Origin: Camelus ferus
Taxonomy: Eukaryota
Direction of reading: 5' to 3'
DNA length: 64,000 bases
NCBI RefSeq assembly: GCF_009834535.1
Contig: NC_045707.1
Coordinates: 48,982,001 to 49,046,000 of the forward strand
A program made the translations under genes and the position numbers. Below, one piece after another: positions 54,216-64,000 of the stretch. The notes under the pieces are model-generated. The model was not told where the DNA came from, ran no database searches, and saw only the letters and a list, made by a program, of their open reading frames with translations. Every line of letters starts with the position of its first letter. Position 1 is the stretch's first letter.

Positions 54216-56112
54216 TAATGCGATTACCAACCCTTCTTATGCCCCCCAAATATACACATAAACTCATAGAATCCCAGGAATCTCCAAACATCCTTAAATG
54301 TGCAGGGCTTTCCAGATGAAACCACCAATATCATGTTGGTGCCTTGGTTAAAGAACTTCTCCTATTAACTTTCAGCACACACGAATACACATTTTCTGGG
54401 GCTGAGCTAGAGATGGTGCTGTGGCAATAACATCTCCTTAGATCAGGAATTAATAGAGATCCATCAAGCACATTTAGATGAAACTTTCATGTAGAAGATC
54501 ACATGTGAATCCAGTCATTAACTACTTCTATGTCGGAGTTAATTTTCTAGCACGAGACACCCATAATCTCTCAAAGGATGCCTTAGGGAATGCTTATACA
54601 ATGTTAATAACTGAATTTTAATGAGGAAAAAGGGACTACCCTCTTGATATAACTGATATATTTTAAATCTTTGAGAACATCTTATTGGAATAAAGAATAT
54701 GAAAAAATAATTTTACACCCTTTTTAAAACCTCATGTTGTATCCCTTTTAATTAAGTTTAAAGTTACAGTCAAGTGTGTTCTAATTTTAGAGCTAAAGAA
54801 GCCATGTGTGTGGTACTCTGAGAAGTTAGGTTATAAACATAGTATACTGGTGTTCCTGGGAAAAAACAGTATGTAAAACACCTCCATTGGTGCATTGCTT
54901 TCACTGTCCTTTAATTATCCATTTAAGTGTTTATACATTCCCCATTCTTAAACAACGGTAAGCCATCTTGCAGTGAAGGCACACATTTTAACATCTTAAT
55001 CATTTTATGGACTAACATCAGCCTGGATCTATTCTACTCACTTTAGTAAGTGAGCAATCCATACATTTAATTATGTCATCAGAGTATTACTCAACTAAAC
55101 TTCCTGGTATACTAACTAGTGAAACACCACATTGTGCTAGCTCACCCAAACTGCACACAAAATACTCAGCTGAAAATAAACAGGCTTTTCACTCTTAAAT
55201 TTGAAAAGGCAAACCTGTAAAATGAGGCAAATTTTACATGTAGTTATGCCTTTAAATGTTTAATAAATGACCCAGATGGAAAGGAATTATTAACAGGAGC
55301 TACATATTGCAAATCAAATGAGGTGCAGAGGTGTTAAGGTCAAGCTTGACTAGAACATGATGAAATGTACATAATTCACAGGGATATGGTTAGATATATA
55401 AAAAGAAAGTGAAGTAATGAGATGTATCAAAAGAGAGGCAATTGGAGAATCATATATAAGCACTGTAATGAGGTGCCTAAGCCTTAGAAAAGTTAGATTT
55501 TAAGAAAGAAGGACTGCATCCAGGCATAAGGAAACATATTTGGATTCTTGTTGTTTTATGTAACCACTAAGAAAGGCTCTTCCCACCCTCACAACCCCAG
55601 CATACTTCTTGCTTCATGTCCAGCAAATCACTTTATGATCTTCTTGCTTTGGAAAACTGTTTATATTCCTGTAATAGCACCTCCCAGTTGGGTAAGGCGA
55701 TTTGGTCAAGAGGTTGCTGACAAAATTGAATTAATTAAACTGCACTTTAACTAAGGTAATTCTGTGTGAATTTTTTTTCACATCTAAATGGCAAATGGAT
55801 TCAAATGTCACAGCCAATAATGGAAAACAAAATAAAAATAGCAAGCTCTTTCTATTGAGTCAAATTAAGAAGGAAAAATTTATCTAGACAAAAAATATTT
55901 GAAAAGATTCCAATAGCAAGACTTACAATGATGAGACACAAATTAGGCCAATAGATTAGCTAAATCCAATTTATCAGTATTGAAACTATAATTTTTTTTT
56001 CATTTGGAAAATAAGCAAATTTACAGAGAGTAAGTAACACTTTCAATTCTCTTCTTCACTTGGCTTAAGGAAAGAAAAATAACATATCTTTATATGTATA
56101 GTATATGCTCAT

Positions 56113-56604
56113 TACAACAGAGGAGGAAAAACTCTACCTTTACTCATCTTAGGTTTTCAGCTGGGATTCATGCAAAAAGATTAACAAGAGAAAAATAAAT
56201 AATAGTTTCATGCATGCAGAACACATAATGCAGGAGAAACCTAAACCAGAAGTAATTTAAAATGGTCCCTTAGAATTCCAGCATATATAGCATCTTGAAC
56301 AAAGACCTATATATTTGTAGAGAAATGACAGGACAGAGGAAAGCAGTTTTAAAACTCCAAGGGGCAGCAAACTGTGAGAAGGTAAATGGGAGGAAACTAA
56401 TGGAGTAAGTTTTGTCTGAAGATTCCTCGGGTGCCATTTCTGGGTTGATAAGTCTGTCTCTAGTAAAAGGAGAATTTGTACCCTGCCTTTCAGCAGTAAA
56501 AGGGGCAGCTTTGCTTGGTTGGCTGTTTCTTAATTGCCATCAGCTCAAAATTATTTTTACATCAAGGAGGCATATTTTGGGGTGATATATTCTGGTTTCT
56601 TTCA
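56113..56604 (-). mobile_element. MER34-like ERV1 solo LTR
   Basis: catcttagg...agattaacaagagaaaa...cagctcaaaatta...ggcatattttggggtgatatattctggtttctttca (antisense MER34-type start). Confidence 0.8.
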
Positions 56605-56924
56605 ACTAGAAAAAGAAAAAAAATACAGATAACTAAAAAGTGGAAACTAGAAATCACATTCAATTTCAACAAAGAAAATTGCTGTTAAAACTTTGGCCTA
56701 TATATTTAGATACAAGTTTATTTACTGTATATTTGTAAATTAACTTCATTATACTGCTCTATTAAATAAATCAGTAGCAAAGACTTTCGTGTCAGAAAGA
56801 AATTCAAATCTTGAAGTAGCTATGTAACTTTAAATTATTACTTGGTTTTGTGGTTGTTGTCAATTGCTTATTTGTTTATTTCCTGTGAAGGAGATCAAAA
56901 TGCTTATTTTTTATTACAAATTTG

Positions 56925-57785
56925 ATTTGATATTATAATTTCTCATTTTAGAATTTCCATTTGATACTTTTATTATACTTTCTATTTCTCAGCCAAGATT
57001 TTCTTTTTATTGATTATATTTTTAATCTAATTGAGCATAGTTATAAAGATGAATCTTATTTTTAAAGGTGCATCTTTAAAATCCCTGGCTGATCATTTTA
57101 ACATCTGTATTAACTTGTTGTTGTCTCCACTGATTATCTTGAGGATGGGTTACAGTTTCTTGGTTGTTTATATATATATCAAGTAATTTTGCATTGAACA
57201 CTGGACATTTTGAGTCATATTGTGGAGACTCTGGATCCTGTTATATTACTCTGAAGAATGTTGATGTATTTTTCTCAAGCAGGCAGTTAATTTGATTGAA
57301 TTCAAACTGCAAACTCTAACCCTTGGGTAGCAGCTTAAACCAAGGTTCAATTCTTCCCTCCTCAAACCCTTAGTAGACCTTTTTTTCCAACCTGCCTCAT
57401 GCTTTTGTGATCCAGGGTTCAGCCAAAGTGTTGGAAATAATTTATAACACAGAATCTGGGGCACCTCCTCTCCGGATTTCTTTTTTTCCTCACTTTTCAA
57501 CAGATGTGATTATTCTGAAATCTTTTTGTTCTTCAAGCCAGAAAGACTATGACTTATCAGTTTTAGCCACATCTGAGACTCCATGACTTCCTTCCCTCAG
57601 GCTAAAATTAGAAGAAATAGAAAAGAAAAGAAAAATTCACACCCTGTGTTCTTTGTATTTTCAAGTTTCAGCTTTCCTCTAGAATTTGCCTGGTTTTGTT
57701 CACTTTCAAGAGCCTTCAAGTATTTATTTTTTATGTTTTTTTTTCAGTCTATGCTGTTATCTGTGGTATTATTGATTGGTTAAGA
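56925..57785 (-). mobile_element. L1ME-type (or HAL1) 5'/ORF1 region
   Basis: tagaatttccatttg...tttaaaatccctggctgatcattttaacatctg...ctggacattttgag...gagactctggatcctgtt...ttcaaactgcaaactct. Confidence 0.7.
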
Positions 57786-58299
57786 GCATGCTTGAGCATA
57801 TAGAAAGTAAAACATATATGGAGAGAGTGAAAGAGAAAGTTGGTTGCTAAGATGTATTGTAGTGAATGAGCACAGTTTATTTTAGTTCGTGAGTCTGGTT
57901 CCTTAGACACTGGAACATGAACCATTCTAGGAATTCCTCTGGTACCTTGCCCAAAATGGGCCATGTTATAAACTACAACTAGCTGCTGTGATAGATATCT
58001 GGGTGGTCAAGCATCTTCTTAACTGCATTCAGCCTTTATGGTAGATCATCAACTTTCATGTGATTTCACTATGCTCCCCAGTTGTACAGATTGTGGAGTG
58101 GGCCATCAGATCCCACTCTGGTCTAACTCCCATTGGAGGAGTCCCTCATGCTGTTTCCTCCTCTCAGAGGCAAGAGCCCAGGCGATCCAGCTGGCCTAGG
58201 CCCAGTCTGGTTAATCCAACACCAGAGGGAATCAATGAAGTTTTGCTAAGGCTATTTGAATATCTGAATATTTTAGGGAAGCCTTTGCCTCTTTTCCCT

Positions 58300-58590
58300 T
58301 CTCTTTTACCATTTTTCCCCTAGATTATCTCATCCATTCCCCGAACCCAAATTACCTTCTATATGCTAATAACTACCAAATTTATATCAGCAACCCACTT
58401 CTCTCCACTGAATTCCAAATTGGAACACCCAATTGCCTAATTTACATCTACTTTGAATGTCTCACAGATATCTCAAATTTAACATGTCAAAAATCAACTT
58501 ATTAATGTCTACCTCCCTTCTCCCCAAAACTTCATCTTCCCCAAACTTTCTCTACTGAGTTGTTCAAGCCAAAGACTAGGGCTAGTCTCA
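58300..58590 (+). mobile_element. L2 fragment (RT YADD region)
   Basis: ctatatgctaataactaccaaatttatatc...tgaatgtctcacagatatctcaaatttaacatgtc. Confidence 0.75.
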
Positions 58591-58614
58591 CTCTGATTTT
58601 AAAAATTCCTAGAA

Positions 58615-59300
58615 ATAACCCATTTCAAAATTAGGCAAATATGATGATTAAAATTTATTTGTATTAAGAGGAATGCACTTATTCTAAAGTATCATTTCTC
58701 ACATATCCAGTGGACAAATTATCCACAAATTTGAAAATTACTATATCTGTGAGGCCAGTACACAGAGTGGGATAGCTCCTCAGAAGGAAGTAAAGTGTCT
58801 GGCAATATCTACCAAAATGACAGATGCATTTACTTTTTGATCCAGAAATCCCATCTTAGGGAATCTAAGTAACAACTGGGGTATTCGAATATATATACAC
58901 AAAGTTGTTAAGTGTGGCATTCTTCAGAATAACAAATGATTGGAAACAATTTAAGTACCAGCAATAAGTATCTCGTTAATGAAACTATCTTTTATTCTGC
59001 AAAGAAATATGCAGTTTTGAAAAATCAGAAAATTTCTAAGTTTAGATAGGGAGAGATTTTGAGAATACTTTTATAAAGAGAAAGAAAAAAATAATAAGGT
59101 GCATAACTATGTATGTTTTATGCCACTATTTGTAAGATAGGAAAGTGGTAAGTATAATGAAGTTTTTATTTACATAAAAAAATGAGGAACTAATAGAAAT
59201 GGTGAATGAGGTGGTGGGACAAAGACGGGAGTAAGGTTTCTCAGTATATATATTTTTAAATAGTTTTGTTTTTGAATCATGCAAATATACTAATTACAAA
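58615..59300 (+). mobile_element. L1ME 3' region, highly decayed
   Basis: ctggcaatatctaccaaaa...tttgatccagaaatcccatcttagggaatc...ttggaaacaatttaag. Confidence 0.65.
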
Positions 59301-59778
59301 CTTTACATACATTAAATTGATAAAATTCAGCTGAATGATAGAAAAAAGTAGCAATACATTACTTGAGAAAAGCTTATCTAGGAATCATTTAACATTAGAA
59401 AGTATTAATGTAATTCACAGCATTAACATTTTAGAGGAGAAAATCTGTATTATTACTGTCAAAGTTTCAAAATTAAAGAAAGGTACATTAGAATATTCTT
59501 TTCAAAAACACATCTCTTACCATTTTATTTCTTCTCTACATATTATCTCAAGTATTGACTCAGTATGGTTTTCCAACTCTAATAAATTAACCATCAAATA
59601 TCCAGTACTTGAGTGAAAACCACATGTTAACTTACCAATGTTAATTTTGGAGAGTAACAGGTAATTTATAACAATGGGTAAGAATCTCTGAATATTCATT
59701 TCCTAATAGTTTTAATTATTTTAAGAGGTGTAAAAATGGCTGACCATGTACAAGACATCTTAGAAATTATAGAACAAA

Positions 59779-60178
59779 GGCTAAAGCAAAACACTGCCAG
59801 TTATTTCTCCAGCAAAAAGCAAACAAACAACCCCCCCCCCCCAAAAAGCCAGGTTTATTCGGGATCTATAAAGAATTGCAATTAGGGGTATGCAACCATG
59901 GTGAGCCTAGTGCAAGTACCTATGTAACAAGGTAATGTGGACTCAATCCTGGGAGACCTATAGTATTCAAAGAGTCCACTGGAAGAATTGAGAGTTTGAA
60001 GTACAGTGGCTTTTCATTGGCTAAGCTGTGACAGTCTCTCACTGGTTGAGCTCTTGCAGGCAAGAAGAGCAAGCCTTTCTTCTTCCCGTTGAGCTCTGCT
60101 ATCATCCTAGGGTTTGAATTCTCCCATAGCTTGTCTCCCAACTCTATTTTAATTGAAATTTCTATTAATTTTTTTACA
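59779..60178 (-). mobile_element. ERV solo LTR (artiodactyl-type)
   Basis: ggtttattcgggatc...agaattgcaatt...gcaaccatggtgagcc...ggcttttcattggct...ctcccaactctattttaattga...tttttaca; left boundary uncertain. Confidence 0.75.
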
Positions 60179-60189
60179 AAAACAATGAC

Positions 60190-60357
60190 GATGCTTAAGA
60201 ATAAATAGGAAGGATTGTTGAAACACTGATTCTTGGGGTCACCCTCAAAGATTCTCATTAAGTGGGTTTGGAGTGGGGCCAGAGATTTGGATTTCTAACA
60301 GGCTACCAAGTAATACTGATAATGCCTGTCATGAGAATGCTATTTTGAGTTGGACTG
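60190..60357. mobile_element. MER5A (hAT-Charlie)
   Basis: ttgttgaaacactgattcttggggtcaccctcaaagattc...gtggggccagagatttggatttctaacagg...tactgataatgc...ttttgag. Confidence 0.75.
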
Positions 60358-60694
60358 AACTAGACTAGAGCACTAAGACAAAACTCTACAAAGATGATTA
60401 AACAGAGGAAACTGGGAAAGGAGAACATGAATTACAAATGATAAAGGTAGAGAAATTTACTAATTGGATGAATATACACCAGACTGCATGTCCTATATTA
60501 CAGTAATACAAAAGCACATGAGATCTCTAAAATTATCACACTCTTTTAAACTTTCTATACCCTTGCACATCATACACTTTTCTGTTTGCTAGTCCCTCCT
60601 CTATCTGCCAAAATTGTAAAAAGCATCATGGAATGTGAATATGTCTTAGATTTACTCCATAGGGAATCACTGAAGGACTGAAAGTAAGAAAACG

Positions 60695-61247
60695 TGTAGG
60701 GGAGAAAGCTTTTCTTCCCACCACCTTCTTAGGTCTGTACCTAAGAATTAAACTGACATAAGACAGATTAATAGGAGAAAAACATAAGATTTTATTTGGA
60801 GTCTTCAAAAAGAAAAGAAAGAAAAATGAAGACCCAAAGAAGCTGTTCTGCCCAAAAGCTTATATACCCTTTTCAACTAAGAATGATAAATTGCAGGGAT
60901 GTTACAAGACAGAAGGGCTTGGGCTAGGGGCAGTTAGTTTGTAGGGCAGTGACTAGGAAATATATGAGAGGTGGTGTGACTCATGGATAATAAGGGTATT
61001 TTAGTAAGTTTGTTTGTACAAGTCCATTCTGGCGTGGATTCCCAGTCTCTGGTGGTGAGAATGTTCTCCCCTTCTTGTCCTTCAGGGAGGACATCTTTCT
61101 CAAGGGAAATTTTATGACCTGCATTTTGGTAGAAAATGGGAGGTCAGTGAGCTGTTCCTGCATCTGCTGTTTCTCAAGTACCTTCAGTTCAAAATAATCA
61201 AAATGCCAAAATAATATATTTGGGGTGTTACGTTCTGAAACCTTTCA
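60695..61247 (-). mobile_element. MER34/LTR39-like ERV1 solo LTR, 553 bp
   Basis: TG...CA termini, flanks aacg/catg, aattaaactgacataagacagattaataggagaaaa...ccttcagttcaaaataatc...atttggggtg...ttctgaaacctttca. Confidence 0.85.
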
Positions 61248-61344
61248 CATGATAATAGTGTAGTTTGCTTGGATTAGTGTGATAGAATAGATTGCTAAGG
61301 TCAAGTCGGAAAAGGTACTTAAAATTTACAAACCATACTTAAGT

Positions 61345-62015
61345 TGTCAATTAATTCTTGACCAATGTGCCAAGGTAAGTCATTAGGAAAATGACTGTCA
61401 TTTCAACAAATGGGGCTAGAACAGTTGGCTATCTTCATATAAAAATAAATGAATTTAGACACTTATTTAGCCCAACATACGTAGAAACTAACTTAAAATA
61501 AATTATAGACCTAATATAAGACCTAAACTATTAAATTTTTAGAAGAAAACATAGCAAAAATATTTGTACTATTGAGTAAGGCATACATTTCTTAAACAGG
61601 ACATTCAAAAACACAAACTATGGGAGAAAACATTTGATAAGATGGTCTTCATTAAGACTAAAAATGTATGATCTTCAAAAGATACAGTTAAGAAAATGAA
61701 AATGCATGCCAGATAGTACAAGAGAATAAATGATGTAGAAATACATATTTGACAGATGGCTTATATCCAGAAAATATTTACAAAAAACAAAAACAAAAAG
61801 CTTATACAAATCAACAATAAAACAAACAACTCATTTTTAAAAGGGCAAATTATTTAAACTGGCACTTTGCAAAAGTCAATAAGCTTATGAGATATACTTA
61901 ACATTACTAGTCATCAGGAAAATGCAATTAGAAATCTTAATAAGATCCCACTTCACAGCCACAAGAATTGATAAAGTTGAAACAAAAACAAAACAACTGA
62001 CAATGGCATGTGCTG
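61345..62015 (+). mobile_element. L1M ORF2 3' fragment
   Basis: tgaccaatgtgccaagg...tttcaacaaatggggctagaacagttgg...tagacctaatataagacctaaact...tcatcaggaaaatgcaatt. Confidence 0.85.
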
Positions 62016-62017
62016 GA

Positions 62018-62236
62018 GACTTAAGGCATTAAGAGAATAAATCCTGAGTTCTCACCACAAGAAAAACATGTTTTTCTATTTATTTAATTTTATACCTATA
62101 TGAGGTGATGAATATTCACTAAACTTACTGTGATAATCACTTCACGATGCATTGTAAATCAAATAATTATGCTGTATGTCTTAAACTTACATAGTGCTGC
62201 ATGTTAATTACACCTCAAAACTAGAAGAAAAAAAAT
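62018..62236 (+). mobile_element. Younger L1 3' end (L1MA9/artiodactyl-type) with A-tail
   Basis: taagagaataaatcctgagttctcaccacaag...gatgaatattcactaaacttactgtgataatcacttc...ttaaacttacatagtgctg...gaagaaaaaaaa. Confidence 0.85.
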
Positions 62237-62460
62237 AGTTGTATCTCTAGCAGAAATAGCAATTCAAACTCATTTTTAATCATGTTCATATTTTGATCCT
62301 TTCCAGGAGTAAGTAGTTAGCCATTAAGACAGTGACAGAGATACGTTTATTGCTTAGATAAGTGCCGCAAAAGAAAGCATGCTCTTTGAAATGGGATATG
62401 GGACAGGGAAGTTTCAAAAAGGTAGACAGCAAAAGCAGGACTGTTTATAGGAAAGCTTAC

Positions 62461-62720
62461 CTTCTTCAGGCAGGATAGCAGGTTCCTCTGGGCAACCGAT
62501 GAGATGAGAGCCAGGCATTCCTGGGAGACACACATTGATGTTTTGATTAAAAGACTGCCCCAGAATGAGCAGTTAAACAATAGATTAAGTAGGATTAGAC
62601 AATAAATGAATGGGAAAGCTGTAGAACACCAGAAACGTCTTAGTTTATAACCCCCCACCTGGCCTTTGTGTTACTGCAGTTTATTTGTCATTATTTCTCA
62701 CTGTACGATGATGCAGCTGG
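62461..62720 (-). promoter_or_regulatory. Candidate TATA promoter plus first exon (host gene not identified)
   Basis: Minus-strand TATAAA 62649-62644, adjacent G-rich box 62651-62660, E-boxes 62656-62661 and 62714-62719, strong donor AAG|GTAAGC after 62461, two ATGs (62535, 62518) open to the donor; no repeat recognised here. Confidence 0.4.
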
Positions 62721-63439
62721 AAGCACTGATGATCTAGATCACTGATATTCTAAAGATCCTTTACACTGTCCTTGGAAGTCAATGTTCAATGCAATTTGCT
62801 TATCTAAGAAATTTGGATCTACTAAAATTATGAGGCTAAAAAAAATAAGTCAAGAGCAACAGCTGTCAATTGTTTGTATCCTAAAGCCTATCCACTCTTC
62901 CCTAAAGTCCATTCTGTGCACTCTCAGTTCCAGTTTAGCATAGATTTATCCTAACTTAGGTCTTCCAACATTGATCTGGAACTGGCACTTCTTAAATTTT
63001 GTGGTTTCAAGGAGGATTATCAGACACAAACCAAATTAGGTTTAATGTAATTGGAGATACGAACATAACTATTAATTATGTTTTATAGATTTAATGTACT
63101 ACTTCTATTCCATTTTGAAAAGGATTCGTCTAAAATAATAGATCATTGTGTAGGATGAAGCAAATATGGAAGCTTAAAACGGTTTTCTGAAGGTATGTTG
63201 CCCACAGATAATAGTGTTCAAAAAGTTTAAAATTTATTCTTTTGAAAGCTCGCTGTCATATTTACAAATTGAGTCCTATCTTCAGGGATATATTCCATAT
63301 TATTTTGCATTTCTTTCTTCTCTACTGTGAATTTAAGATGGATAGTTCACCTTATTTCATAGTAGACTTCTCAATATCTCCTTGTCCATCCATACATGAT
63401 AAATAGTATAAACTATAAGGTCACTTTATATTTTGTTAT

Positions 63440-63625
63440 TCATGAAGTCAGGAGATCTAGGTTCTGGTCTAGTTTTATATCATCTCAGGCTAGCCTCTTT
63501 CGCTCTGAAAGCCTATGCCCTCATCTCTAAAATAAGACAAATGATATCAGCTCTGTCTGCTTCATAGTGAGGTTATGAATACCAAGTGCTTTTGAAAGAG
63601 CTTTAAACACTGTAAAACCATCTAA
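63440..63625 (+). mobile_element. MIR SINE
   Basis: gaagtcaggagatctaggttctggtc...cctcatctctaaaataag...gtgcttttgaaagagctttaaacactg. Confidence 0.7.
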
Positions 63626-63687
63626 AAGCAGAAGATGTGATTAGCTCCAAAGTGGAATAATAGTAAATATATTGTACAAGGTCACTT

Positions 63688-64000
63688 TTATTCATTCATG
63701 TATTCAACAATCTAATCCTCTTTCTTTTCCCCCTATGAAACAAATAGTAAGCATCTTCTGTGTCCCAGGGATTATCTGATATGAAGAAATCTAAAATGAA
63801 GAGATTAAAAGATACAGAGTTTATCTCTCAGGCACTCAAAGTCTATCTAGGTTGGGAGACAGACAGGTAAGCAGCTAATTAAAGTAGAAAGTCATAGTTG
63901 CCATAATAGACATAATAACAGAAAGCTGAGGAAATAGAAGAATCTAATAAATCTGTTCGAGAGAAATGCTTCATAGCAAAGGCAACTGGAGGTAAATTTT
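63688..64000 (-). mobile_element. L2 3' region (runs off the window)
   Basis: ttattcattcatgtattcaaca...gcatcttctgtgtcccagg...ctctcaggcactcaaagtcta...gggagacagacagg. Confidence 0.7.

Overview
AT-rich, CpG-depleted eutherian (mammalian) genomic DNA that looks intronic or intergenic. I recognise no protein-coding exon, RNA gene or processed pseudogene; the listed ORFs are short, and many lie inside decayed transposons. A large share of the window is old interspersed repeat: L2, MIR, L1M, MLT1/MaLR and ERV solo LTRs, and hAT and Tigger DNA transposons, often nested. Repeat family names come from my recall of consensus sequences, not from a search, and most boundaries are approximate. Artiodactyl-like L1/LTR/Tigger elements, with no Alu, B1/B2, Can-SINE, ERE, PRE, Bov or CHR SINE seen, point tentatively to a camelid. 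The best non-repeat signals are a candidate minus-strand TATA promoter/first exon (~62.46-62.72 kb), a CpG-retaining motif-rich block (~12.07-12.76 kb), a 125-bp foldback (14.03-14.16 kb), an L2 remnant with a readable endonuclease domain and a perfect (TAT)12(TAC)26 array. I found no convincing novel biological system.
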